A DNA stretch of 64,000 nt from Candidatus Dormiibacterota bacterium (GTDB lineage Bacteria; Chloroflexota; Dormibacteria; Aeolococcales; Aeolococcaceae). The notes under the pieces were generated by a model. The model ran no database searches. It saw only the letters and a program-made list of their open reading frames with translations, and was not told the DNA's origin. The stretch spans positions 24,565 through 88,564 of the forward strand of contig CAVQVY010000038.1 in the NCBI GenBank assembly GCA_963717185.1, written 5' to 3'. The stretch's first letter is position 1. Every line of letters starts with the position of its first letter. Shown piece after piece: positions 46,904 to 56,102 of the stretch. Made by a program: the position numbers and the translations under genes.

Positions 46904-47185
46904 GCGCTCGCCCCGAACCGCCGCGCGTGCGAGACCTTCGAGCTCGTGCAGTTTCGCTGTCGCGAATGGTACGCAGCAGCAGGCTCCTTTCCGACGACAT
47001 CGGCTGAAGGCCGCAGAGCCACGCGCTCGTCACCGAGCGGGTGCGCCGAACTCCGGCTTGATATCAAAACTGGTATCAAAACAAGCGAACAGAGGCGAAA
47101 ATCAGCGGACTGTCGACGCCCGCGTTGACCCCGTTTTGAATACAAGACGGCCACCGGCGACCACCGGCCGGAACGGAGCCCTGTC

Positions 47186-47232
47186 TGGCTCATAACCCCA
47201 GGGTCGCAGGTTCGAATCCTGCCCCGCCCACC
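47186..47232 (+). other. 3' about 47 nt of a tRNA-Met(CAU)-like gene (anticodon loop, T arm, acceptor 3' strand); att-site remnant, not an intact tRNA
   Basis: TGGCTCATAACCCCAGGGTCGCAGGTTCGAATCCTGCCCCGCCCACC contains the loop CTCATAA, the T arm GCAGG-TTCGAAT-CCTGC and the acceptor CCCGCCC. Upstream there is no D arm and no complementary 5' acceptor strand. Confidence 0.55.
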
Positions 47233-47272
47233 CGCGCGATTCCTCACAAGGCCGCAGCCGGGAGCGGGCACT

Positions 47273-47313
47273 CACCGGCAGCGGGGCGGGACAGCTGTCC
47301 CGCCGGCTGCCGG
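47273..47313. terminator. Long GC-rich hairpin (CCGGCAGC-GG-GGCGGGACA GC TGTCCCGCC-G-GCTGCCGG)
   Basis: Near-perfect inverted repeat read directly. It lies directly downstream of the small minus-strand ORF at 47321-47476. It has no T tract, which fits an Actinobacteria-style stem-only terminator. Confidence 0.4.
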
Positions 47314-47320
47314 GGCTGGA

Positions 47321-47476
47321 TCAGCTCTGGGAGTCGCCGCTGCGGCGGCGCAGGCGGCGTGCCACGCCGCGGACCAGCCTGCTACCGCGGCGGTAGCCAC
47401 CTCGGCGGGTCGTAGCCGCGAGCATGTACTCCTGCTCGCGGATCTGAGCCATCTCATACAACTGTGTGTTCATCAT
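47321..47476 (-). CDS. Small Arg-rich protein (51 aa): MMNTQLYEMAQIREQEYMLAATTRRGGYRRGSRLVRGVARRLRRRSGDSQS
   Basis: My own translation. A GGAGG RBS lies 7 nt upstream of the ATG ATG. It is followed by the hairpin at 47273-47313 and is divergent from the CGNR gene. It is below the ORF-track size cutoff. Confidence 0.4.
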   Translation of the reverse strand: MMNTQLYEMAQIREQEYMLAATTRRGGYRRGSRLVRGVARRLRRRSGDSQS

Positions 47477-47589
47477 TTCGAGACCTCCTGCGTCACCGAC
47501 GAAACCTTGTCACTGGTGATACTATATACCCGATCCGCGTCACCTGTCAAACCGTAACAGGGGTGACGCAACACTAGGACTTTCCCGTC

Positions 47590-48220
47590 ATGGACGACCC
47601 CCCAGCAACCCGACAGCCGGCACCCGCCGCACTGGCGCTGGTGCAGGATTTCGTCAACACGGCGGAGCTCCCCGGCGGCTACGACGAGCTCGCCGACGTC
47701 GCCGCGACGGTGGACTGGCTTGGCGCCCACGGCTACCAGGTGCAGCCCGATGACACCCAGCACCGCCGCATCGTCGAGACCCGCGAGCACCTGCGGACGC
47801 TGATCGCGGTGAACTCGGGCCAGGAGCTGCCGCCCACCACCGCGGCTCGCCTGGCCAAGCTGCTCGACGCCGCGGCCGTCCACCCCGTGGTGGCCGAGGA
47901 CGGGGTTCGCCTGGCGTTCGACCGCGCGCGGCGTGGACGGGTTCCTCGCCGCGCTGCTCGCCGCGCTGGTGCAGGGCACCATCGACGGCAGCTTCCGCCG
48001 GCTCAAGGTGTGCCGCTCCGACACCTGCCAGTGGACCTTCTACGACAACTCCAAGAACGGCTGCGGCGCCTGGTGCAGCATGCGTTCGTGCGGCAGCAGG
48101 GCCAAGGCGAAGGCGTATCGCGAAAGGCTTCGCCAGGATGCCGGCGGCGGCGAGACGCCATCGCTCGACGTGACCAAGCGCCGGCAGCGGAGGCCGAGAC
48201 TGCTCAGGCGAGCGACGTAG
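47590..48220 (+). pseudogene. CGNR zinc-finger (ABATE-domain) putative regulator, one frameshift
   Basis: The N-terminus ALALVQDFVNTAELPGGYDELADVAATVDWL is in the first frame. VDGFLAALLAALVQG...RLKVCRSDTCQWTFYDNSKNGCGAWCSMRSCGSRAKAKAYRER (the CGNR motif) is in the second frame. The indel lies at about 47921-47935. Confidence 0.75.
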
Positions 48221-48956
48221 GTGCCCGCCGGCCGGGCCGCCTCGTTCGGTTCTGCCGCGGACGCGTATGAGCGGGGCCGGCCGTCGTACCCGGCGGCGGC
48301 GCTCGACTGGCTGCTGCCACGTCACGCGCGACGGGTGCTCGACCTCGGCGCCGGCACGGGCAAGCTGACCCGGCAGCTCCGTGACCTCGAGCTCGACGTG
48401 GTCGCCGTCGAGCCGTCGGCCGGCATGCGAGAGCAGCTGGCGCAAGCTGTTCCCGGCGTCGCCCTCCTGGACGGGACCGCCGAGTCGATCCCGCTCCCTG
48501 ACCACAGCGTCGACGCGGTGCTGGTGGCGCAGGCCTGGCACTGGGTGGACCCGGCGCGCGCCGTGCCCGAGGTGGCGCGAGTCCTCACACCGCGCGGCCG
48601 GCTCGGGCTCGTCTGGAACATCCGCGACGAACGCGTGGGCTGGGTCGCGGACCTGGGCCGCACCATGCACCGCCACGGCGAGGAGGACGGCGGCGATCCT
48701 GCTCCCGTCGTGGGTCCGCCGTTCGGACCGCTGCAGCGCCACCAGGTCGAGTGGGGCTACCGCCTCAGCGCCGCGGCGCTGGTCGACCTGGTCGCTTCGC
48801 GCAGCTACGTGATCACGCTCCCCTCCCCACAACGCACCGCGCTCCTTGCCGACGTGCGCCAGCTTCATCGACACACATCCGAGCCTCGCCGGCAAGCCCG
48901 AGCTGGTGCTGCCGTACGTCACTCAGTGCTACCGCGCGGACCTGGCCGCCTCGTGA
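48221..48956 (+). pseudogene. Class I SAM-dependent methyltransferase, C-terminal frameshift
   Basis: RVLDLGAGTGKLTRQL...VDAVLVAQAWHWVDPARAVPEVARVLTPRGRLGLVWN is the methyltransferase core. After LLADVRQ (about 48860-48868) the plausible end IDTHPSLAGKPELVLPYVTQCYRADLAAS with its stop (48956) is in another frame. Confidence 0.8.
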
Positions 48957-48975
48957 TCCACGAAGCAGGCGTCGC

Positions 48976-49488
48976 GTGAGCTTCTCCGTGCGGATGGTTT
49001 CCGAGGACGACTGGCGCGTGGTGCGCGACATCCGCCTGCGGGCTCTTGCCGATTCACCGTCGTCGTTCGGCAGCACCCTGGGCCGCGAGCAGGCGTTCAC
49101 GGAGCAGGCCTGGCGTGAACGCGCCCGTGGGACCGACACCACTCAACTCTTCCTGGCGTCGACAGCTGAGGCTGCGGTGGGCATCACCGGCGTGTTCGAT
49201 GAGGGTGATGGGTCGGTGCAGCTGGTCAGCGTTTGGGTGGCTCCCGAGCATCGCCGCGCCGGCGTGGCGCGCGCTCTCGCCACCGCTGCGTTGCGCTTCG
49301 CCGTCGAACGCGGCTTCAACATCGTGCGGCTCTGGGTCACCGATGGGAACGACAACGCCCGCACTCTCTATGAGCACCTCGGGTTCAAGCCGACCGGGAA
49401 AGTGCAACCGCTGCCGTCGGATCCTTCGCTGACCGAGCACGAGCTGGAGCTCCAGCATTCGCCGACGGTTGGCGCACCGGGGCCCTGA
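48976..49488 (+). CDS. GNAT-family N-acetyltransferase
   Basis: GTG start. VWVAPEHRRAGVARALATAALRFAVERGFNIVRLWVTDGNDNARTLYEHLGFKPTG corresponds to the acetyl-CoA binding motifs A and B. Confidence 0.8.
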   Translation: MSFSVRMVSEDDWRVVRDIRLRALADSPSSFGSTLGREQAFTEQAWRERARGTDTTQLFLASTAEAAVGITGVFDEGDGSVQLVSVWVAPEHRRAGVARALATAALRFAVERGFNIVRLWVTDGNDNARTLYEHLGFKPTGKVQPLPSDPSLTEHELELQHSPTVGAPGP

Positions 49489-49556
49489 GGGCGCCGCACA
49501 AATCACCCGATGGGGTGATGCGCTGACCCGCATAGGGGCTGCGACACTAGCCCGGG

Positions 49557-52500
49557 ATGAGCGAAGAGGCCGAACGTCCAGCGGCGGTCGCGGAGCACGA
49601 GGCGACCGCCGCCGGGCGCCGGGCCGCGGCCCACGGCTTCGGGGTCGGTCGAATCGCCATGCGACAGCTGCGCTCGCGCGCAGCGCTGACCGTCGCGCAG
49701 GGCGTCACCCTCGCCGCTGCAGCCACCCTGCTGGCGAGCGTCGTCCTCATCCAGAACACGTCGACAGACAACGGTCTGCGCAGCGCTGTCAGCCAGGCCA
49801 ACAGCCAGGGCTCCGACCTGGTGATCGAACGCGACGGCATCTCGGCCGCGTCCGACTTCGACGCGTTCCAGCGTGAGGCCGCGGCCCGTGTGCACACCCA
49901 GCTCGGTGCCGCGGTCACGGCCGGCGCGGAGCACGGCGGGTCGCCGACCCAGATCCTGCGGTCGATCGACGGCGTCCCGCAGGGACAACCCTACAGCGAT
50001 GTCAGCTCGGTGTCGTTCTACGCGGGACTGCGCGACCACGTGCACCTGGTCGCGGGCCAGTGGCCTGCAGACAGCCGCAGCGGGTCCGACTGGCAGCTGA
50101 CAACGTCGGCTCGAGCCACCGACACGCTCGGCACGCCACTGCAGATCCACGTCGGCAGCGAGTACTGCTTCAGTGTCGCGCTGAACCGCGTGACCGCGAG
50201 TCACACCTGGTGCGGAAGGGTGGCTGCGACCTGGCTTCCCAACGATGTGTCCGACCCGTACTGGGCGGGACACGTGCCCGAAACCGACGTGCTGACCGGG
50301 CACGACAGCTACTTCCAGGTCCTCCAGCAGTTTCCCGGTGCGGTCGACAGCGCCGTGCAGCAGTACGTGCCGGATCCCACGCACATCAGCAGCGCCAACA
50401 CCGACAGCGTGGTGGCCGGAGTCACCCAGTTGCGCGGGTACTACGGCGTGTCGAGCAACGACGTGTTCTCGTCGAACCTGGACACGACCATCACAGGGTT
50501 CCTGGCGCGTCAGAGTGCTGCTGCCGGGCCGACACTGGTGACGGCGTTCGGCCTGCTCATCGTGGCAGTGGGCGCGATGGGTTTCGCCGCGCTCCAGTTC
50601 ATCAACGGTCACCTCGCCGAGGTCGCGCTCTGGCGTGCTCGCGGGTGGTCGCGTCAGCGTGTCTGGATCCTGTACACCACGGAGTTCGCGGTGCTGGCCG
50701 TGGTGGCGGCGCCAGTCGCGATCATCGTGTCCGCGGCGATCGGCTCGACGGTTGCCGGCTCGGCGGCCGCGCACCCTGGGCTCAGCTGGCAGTCCCTTGC
50801 GGATGCGGCGATCCCGGCAGTCGTGGCCACAGGTGCGTTCCTCGTGGTCCTCGCCGGCCTGGCCGCCGCCAGGAGCGGGCCGGAGCTCACCCGGCGCAGG
50901 CCTGATCGCTCGGCGACGCAAGAGCGGACGTGGCGGCGCCGGGCCACTGACGTCGCGCTCGCTGCGGCCGGCGCAGGAATCCTGCTGTTCGTCCGGTTGG
51001 GCGCTGTCGACCCATCCGGCGACGGGCAGACCAGCGGCGTCGTGCTGGTCCTGCCCGTGGTCGCGGTGGGTCTGCTTGCCGTCGCGTCACTCCGGCTGGT
51101 GGGGGTCGCCGCTCGCGTGCTCACGCTCAGCAGGTCGCTCGGTGGCCGCCTGGCGCGCTGGCAGATCGAGCGAGACCCTGCGCAGTACGCGCGACTTTGC
51201 CTGCTGGTCACCCTCGCCGTCGTGGTGGGCGTGTTCGCGAGCACGTACATCGCGGGCGACCGTGCCAGCGCGATCGACCGCGCGGACTACATGGTGGGCG
51301 CGGACATGCGCGCCACGTTCTCCTCCGCCGCCTCTCCGCCGCAGCTGTCCGCGCTCACGGCGTCGCTGCCGCCGGCGGTGGCGGGCGCCCAGGTCTTCCG
51401 CAGCGCGGGCCGTCCGGGCCGCACCGGGACCGACGCCACGGTGGTCGGCATCCAGGGCACCGACTTCTGGAACATCGCATACTCGCGCAGCGATTTCGCC
51501 GCGCAGCCGCTGCCGGCGATGACAGCGGCGATGGCCGCCGCGGACCCGGACGGCAGCGCCGTCCCGGGCAGGCCGCGTGCGCTGTTGCTGTCAGTCCACA
51601 GCTCCGGGTTCGATGGACGCGTCGACGTTGAGGTCACCGACGCACGTGGCCGCGACGTCGTGCTCGCGCTCGGCACGCTGCAGACCCCGGGGTGGTTCGA
51701 CCTCTCCGCCTCGCTGAGCGCCGCGGGACCGATCACGTACCCGCTCCACGTGCGCGCGCTGCGACTGACACCGACCGGCAGCAACGCTGTCGGCGACGTC
51801 GCCGTGCAGAACCTGCGCACGGACTCCGGCGCGGTCATCGAAACCTTCTCACGCGCGGACGGATGGTGGCAGGAGGCGTTCGCACCCGACACGGCGGAGG
51901 CCGCGCTCGCGCCGACAGCGCAGTACACCAGGGCCGGCGAGCAGTCGGTCGACGTGCCGATCAACCTCAACGCCGTCATCCTGATGCCTCCGCCGTCGTC
52001 GCGCCCGCTGCCGGTGTTGCTGGCCAGCCCGACCATGGCCGCGCTCGGCGTCAGCCTCGGGCAGTCGTTTCCACTGCACATGGACACGGTGAATGTCGAG
52101 CTGGTGCCGGTGGGCTCCTTCGACGACTTCCCCACCCACTACCCGCAGCGCGAGGACCTCATCGTCGCGCCCATGTCGTCGTTGTTGAGCCGCCTCGGGT
52201 ACCAGGGCGCGACGAGCCCGTGGGCCAACGAGCTGTGGCTGAGGTTCCCGAGTGCCGACACCGCTGCCGTGACCAGCCGGGTGTCCGCAGACTCCACCCT
52301 GCTGGCCGCGTCCCTTCGTTCCGACGCCGAGACCGCCGCGCTCGACGACCCGCTCCGCGTTGGCCTGCATGACGAGTTGGAGCTGGGGTTCATCGTGGCA
52401 CTGGCCGTGGTGGTGGTCGGCTTCGGGCTGCACTTCCTTGCTGCGGCACGGACCCGCTCCACCCAGTTCGCGATCATGCGCGCCAACGGTGTGCCACAGG

Positions 52501-52784
52501 CGACACTGCGTCGTACGTTGATGGCAGAGCAGGTGGTCGTACTGATCAGCGGCCTGGTCGCGGGGACGGCCATCGGCCTGGCGCTCTCCTGGGCCGTCAT
52601 CCCCATCTTCCACCTCGGTACGCTTCCGGAGGACATCACGCCGCCCTCGGTCTTTGCGGTCGACCCCCTGACGCTGCTCGCGGTGGTTCTGGGCACCGGC
52701 GTGGTGGCGCTGGTCATGGGACGAGCCGTCGCCGGCAGCGGCTCACGAGTCGACGTGATGAGCACGGTGCGTTCACTCGCATGA
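49557..52784 (+). CDS. Large FtsX-like ABC transporter permease (two FtsX modules with big extracytoplasmic domains)
   Basis: 1075-aa ORF. Repeated TM bundles flank long soluble segments. The C-terminal module is FIVALAVVVVGFGLHFLAAARTRSTQFAIMRANGVPQATLRR. The start may be downstream, near MRQLRSR at about 49659. Its stop overlaps the first ATPase gene. Confidence 0.8.
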   Translation: MSEEAERPAAVAEHEATAAGRRAAAHGFGVGRIAMRQLRSRAALTVAQGVTLAAAATLLASVVLIQNTSTDNGLRSAVSQANSQGSDLVIERDGISAASDFDAFQREAAARVHTQLGAAVTAGAEHGGSPTQILRSIDGVPQGQPYSDVSSVSFYAGLRDHVHLVAGQWPADSRSGSDWQLTTSARATDTLGTPLQIHVGSEYCFSVALNRVTASHTWCGRVAATWLPNDVSDPYWAGHVPETDVLTGHDSYFQVLQQFPGAVDSAVQQYVPDPTHISSANTDSVVAGVTQLRGYYGVSSNDVFSSNLDTTITGFLARQSAAAGPTLVTAFGLLIVAVGAMGFAALQFINGHLAEVALWRARGWSRQRVWILYTTEFAVLAVVAAPVAIIVSAAIGSTVAGSAAAHPGLSWQSLADAAIPAVVATGAFLVVLAGLAAARSGPELTRRRPDRSATQERTWRRRATDVALAAAGAGILLFVRLGAVDPSGDGQTSGVVLVLPVVAVGLLAVASLRLVGVAARVLTLSRSLGGRLARWQIERDPAQYARLCLLVTLAVVVGVFASTYIAGDRASAIDRADYMVGADMRATFSSAASPPQLSALTASLPPAVAGAQVFRSAGRPGRTGTDATVVGIQGTDFWNIAYSRSDFAAQPLPAMTAAMAAADPDGSAVPGRPRALLLSVHSSGFDGRVDVEVTDARGRDVVLALGTLQTPGWFDLSASLSAAGPITYPLHVRALRLTPTGSNAVGDVAVQNLRTDSGAVIETFSRADGWWQEAFAPDTAEAALAPTAQYTRAGEQSVDVPINLNAVILMPPPSSRPLPVLLASPTMAALGVSLGQSFPLHMDTVNVELVPVGSFDDFPTHYPQREDLIVAPMSSLLSRLGYQGATSPWANELWLRFPSADTAAVTSRVSADSTLLAASLRSDAETAALDDPLRVGLHDELELGFIVALAVVVVGFGLHFLAAARTRSTQFAIMRANGVPQATLRRTLMAEQVVVLISGLVAGTAIGLALSWAVIPIFHLGTLPEDITPPSVFAVDPLTLLAVVLGTGVVALVMGRAVAGSGSRVDVMSTVRSLA

Positions 52785-53641
52785 GCGCGCCCATCGTCGA
52801 CTGCGAGGGGCTGGTGCACATCTACAGGTCCGCCACCCTGGAGGTGGTGGCCCTGCAGGGTCTCGACCTCCAGGTCGCACCCGGGGAGATGGTTGCGATC
52901 GCCGGGCGGAGCGGGAGCGGCAAGACGACCCTGATGAACATCCTCGCCGGGCTCGAGCGACCGAGTGCGGGGACGGTTCGGGTCGACGGGCACGACCTCA
53001 GCCGCCTCACCGGGTCCGAGCGGGAGCGCTACCGCCGCGAGGTGGTCGGCTACGCGCTGCAGCACGCCATGGGCAACCTTGCCCCGTACCTCACCGCGCT
53101 GGAGAACGTGCAGGCCGCGACCGTGACCGGGACGGCGCGGGCGCGCGCGTCGGCGGCCACCGACCTCCTCGACGGAATGGGCCTCGGCAAGCGGCTGTCG
53201 CGACGCCCGGCCGAGCTCGCCGGCCACGAGAACCAGCGGCTCGCCCTGTCCACCGCGCTGGCCAACGGCCCGAGCCTCCTGCTCGCCGACGAACCCACCG
53301 CCGAGCTGGACACGGCCGCCGCCGCGCAGCTGCTCAGTGACCTGACCGGCGTGCTCAGGTCGACGGGGACAGCGGCGGTCTTCGTCACCCACGATCCCCA
53401 GCTCGAGACGTTCGTCGACCGCGTGGTGATGATCCGTGACGGGCGGACCAGCAGCGAGCGCCGTTGGGTGGAACGCGAAGGCGAGCTGATCCACGACGAA
53501 CTGGCGATCATGGATCGAGCCGGGCGAATCCAGCTGCCCCAGGCGTACGTCGACAGGCTGGGGTTGAGCGGCCGCGTCCGGCTGCACCTGGAGGGCGATC
53601 GCATCTCGATCCTGCCCGCCCGGGACGATGACGGTGCCTGA
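52781..53641 (+). CDS. ABC transporter ATP-binding protein 1 (degenerate signature motif, about 60-aa C-terminal extension)
   Basis: Walker A is GRSGSGKTT, Walker B is LLLADEPTAELD and the H-loop is VTHD. The signature position reads LAGHENQR instead of LSGGQ. The extra C-terminal segment is MDRAGRIQLPQAYVDRLGLSGRVRLHLEGDRISILP. Confidence 0.85.
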   Translation: MSAPIVDCEGLVHIYRSATLEVVALQGLDLQVAPGEMVAIAGRSGSGKTTLMNILAGLERPSAGTVRVDGHDLSRLTGSERERYRREVVGYALQHAMGNLAPYLTALENVQAATVTGTARARASAATDLLDGMGLGKRLSRRPAELAGHENQRLALSTALANGPSLLLADEPTAELDTAAAAQLLSDLTGVLRSTGTAAVFVTHDPQLETFVDRVVMIRDGRTSSERRWVEREGELIHDELAIMDRAGRIQLPQAYVDRLGLSGRVRLHLEGDRISILPARDDDGA

Positions 53642-54317
53642 CGTCGTCGTCGCCCGCGGCCTGGTGCGCGAGTTTTCCGCGGGTGGGCAGCGGGTGCGCG
53701 CGGTCGATGGCGTCGACCTCACCGTCGCTGCCGGCGAGCTGCTGATGATCCTGGGCCGCTCGGGGGCGGGCAAGACCACGCTGCTCAGCCTGGTCGGCGG
53801 GCTCGACCGGCCGGACAGCGGCACTGTGACGGTCGCGTGGGAGAGGGTCGACTCCTTCGACGCGCGCCAGCGCGATCGCTTCCTCCAGGTGTCGGTCGGC
53901 TGGGTGTTCCAGACGTCCGGGCTGATCCCTCTGCTGAGCGCCAGGGAGAACATCGAGCTGTCGCTGCGGCTCGCCGGCGTGGACGACACAGAGACCGCCG
54001 CGCGCGCCGCCGCCGCGCTCGACAGCGTCGGCCTCGCCGGCCGCGGCGCCCACACCGCGGCGGAGCTCTCGGGAGGCGAACAGCAGCGTGTCGCGGTCGC
54101 CCGCGCCCTCGCCAAGCGGCCCACCGTGGTGATCGCCGACGAGCCCACCGCCCAGCTCGACAGCGAGACCGCGGCGGGCATCATGCAACTGCTCCGCGAG
54201 GTCGCCGCCGCCGGGACCGCGGTGCTGATGGCGACCCACGATCGGCTCGCGGTGGACTACGCGGATCGCGTGGTCACCATGCAGGACGGCCGGGTCAGCG
54301 GCGTCGCCGGCAGCTAG
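53628..54317 (+). CDS. ABC transporter ATP-binding protein 2 (canonical motifs)
   Basis: Walker A is GRSGAGKTT, the signature is LSGGEQQRVAVARAL, Walker B is VVIADEPTAQLD and the H-loop is ATHD. Confidence 0.85.
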   Translation: MTVPDVVVARGLVREFSAGGQRVRAVDGVDLTVAAGELLMILGRSGAGKTTLLSLVGGLDRPDSGTVTVAWERVDSFDARQRDRFLQVSVGWVFQTSGLIPLLSARENIELSLRLAGVDDTETAARAAAALDSVGLAGRGAHTAAELSGGEQQRVAVARALAKRPTVVIADEPTAQLDSETAAGIMQLLREVAAAGTAVLMATHDRLAVDYADRVVTMQDGRVSGVAGS

Positions 54318-54333
54318 GCGGCTGGAGGATCCC

Positions 54334-54807
54334 TTGCGCGGCAAGCACCACGTCAGCGTCGACCGGCCCGCACAGCTGATCTTCGACCTGATCGCCGACG
54401 GCGCCCGCAACCAGGGGTGGCGTCCCTCGGTGATCGAGGTCTGGTTGCTGAGCGGGGATGGGGGCGAGGGCACCGTGTGGCGACAGGTGGTTCGCGGTCC
54501 CGCGGGAAAGCTGGCCGACGCCGACTACCGGGTGACCACGCACGAGCCGCCGAGCGCGTACGGGTTCGAGGTCATCGCTGGGCCGGTGCGCGGCAGCGGC
54601 CTGTACACGCTCGCGCCCGGGGAGGACGGTGAGACCGTGGTGTCCCTCGAGATCACCTTGAAACCGCGCAGCGCGATGCGCCTGCTCACCGGGTTCGTCC
54701 TGCGCCAGGTCGTCGACGAGCTCGACAACCTCGAACGGCTGCGCGGGCTCCTCGAAGGAACCGGCGCCGACGGCACGAGCCAGCCTCGTCTCCGCCGCGG
54801 GCGGTGA
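54334..54807 (+). CDS. SRPBCC (polyketide cyclase/START-like) family protein
   Basis: 157 aa. VSVDRPAQLIFDLIADGARNQGWRPSVIEV...YRVTTHEPPSAYGFEVIAGPVRGSGLYTL is the typical SRPBCC pattern. Confidence 0.7.
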   Translation: MRGKHHVSVDRPAQLIFDLIADGARNQGWRPSVIEVWLLSGDGGEGTVWRQVVRGPAGKLADADYRVTTHEPPSAYGFEVIAGPVRGSGLYTLAPGEDGETVVSLEITLKPRSAMRLLTGFVLRQVVDELDNLERLRGLLEGTGADGTSQPRLRRGR

Positions 54808-54808
54808 C

Positions 54809-56046
54809 GTGGTGCGGCTGGTCCCCCCACTGCTGCGTGAGCCGACGTTCCGCCGTTACTGGACCGGACAGACCATCTCGCTGTTCGGCGACCAGGTCAG
54901 CATCCTCGCGCTGCCGCTCACCGCGATCCTCGTGCTGCATGCGGGCGCGGCCGAGACCGGGTACCTCACCGCGGCCGGACTGGCACCCAGCCTGTTGTTC
55001 TCCATCGTCGCCGGGGGCTGGGTTGACCGCAAGGGGCATCGCCGCCGCGTCATGCTGGCATCCGACGTCGCTCGCGCAGCCCTGCTCGCGAGCATTCCCA
55101 TCGCGTACGTTGCCGGCGTCCTGGGCTTCGCGCAGCTGTACGCGGTCGCGTTCCTCGTGGGTTGCGCGAGCGTGCTCTTCAACGTTGCGCAGAGCACGGT
55201 GTTCGCCTCGATCGTCGGTCCCGCCGACTACGTCGATGCCAACTCGTTGATCCACGGCAGTCGCGCGCTGTCGTTCGTCGGCGGTCAGAGCGTCAGCGGC
55301 ATCCTCGTCCAGCTGGTCACCGCTCCCGGCGCGATCGTGTTCGACGCCGTTTCGTTCCTCGGCTCCGCGCTGTTCCTGCGACGGATCCATCCGACCGAGC
55401 CGGCGACGGCGCCCGGCGGACAGGGACACCTCCTCGAGGGTGCTCGATTCATCGTCGGCTCGCGGGTGGTCAGGTCGCTGCTGGCGGCCACCGCCACCAT
55501 CAACGTCTTCGGCTTCATGACCACGGCCATCTTCGTGCTCTATGCCACCCGCGACCTGGGGGTCAGCCCGGCGCAGCTGGGGCTCGTGCTCGGCGCCGGC
55601 GCGGTCGGCGCGGTGATCGGCGCCGCGCTGACCTCGCGGGTGGCGCGACGCATCGGTGTCGGGGGCGCGTTCACCCTGAGCTGCGTCATCTTTCCGGCGC
55701 CGTTCATCCTCATCCCTGTTGCCGGTGGCATGAGCAAGCCGGTGATCCTTGCACTCCTCTTCGCTGCCGAGTTCGGCTCGGGAGTCGGCGTGGTCATGCT
55801 CGACATCACCATCGGCGCCATCCTCACCGCGACAGTGCCGGCGACCTTGCGCGCACGCGTGTCGGGCGCGTACAGCACCATCAACTACGGCCTGCGCCCG
55901 GTCGGAGCGCTGCCGGCGGCGCGCTCGGCAGCACGCTGGGGCTGCGTCCGACGTTGTGGATCGCCACCATGGCCGGGCTCGCCGGGGTGGCTTGGCTGTT
56001 GCCGTCGCCCGATACCGCGGATGCGCACCCTCCCGGACCAGGATGA
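54809..56046 (+). pseudogene. MFS transporter (MFS_3/EntS-like), frameshift near the C-terminus
   Basis: The N-terminus is FRRYWTGQTISLFGDQVSILALPLTAILVL...GGWVDRKGHRRRVML. After ...YGLRPVGAL (about 55905) the TM-like continuation AGGALGSTLGLRPTLWIATMAGLAGVAWLLPSP is in another frame and ends at 56046. Confidence 0.75.
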
Positions 56047-56102
56047 CGGGCGCGCCTCGCGTCGGCGGGGCTGCGGCAGCGTCAGTGGTGGGCGGAACGA
56101 AG

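Noticed and set aside
47101-47232. Intact tRNA gene
   Set aside because: Only the anticodon loop, T arm and 3' acceptor strand are present. There is no D arm or complementary 5' acceptor sequence upstream, and the anticodon stem does not pair.
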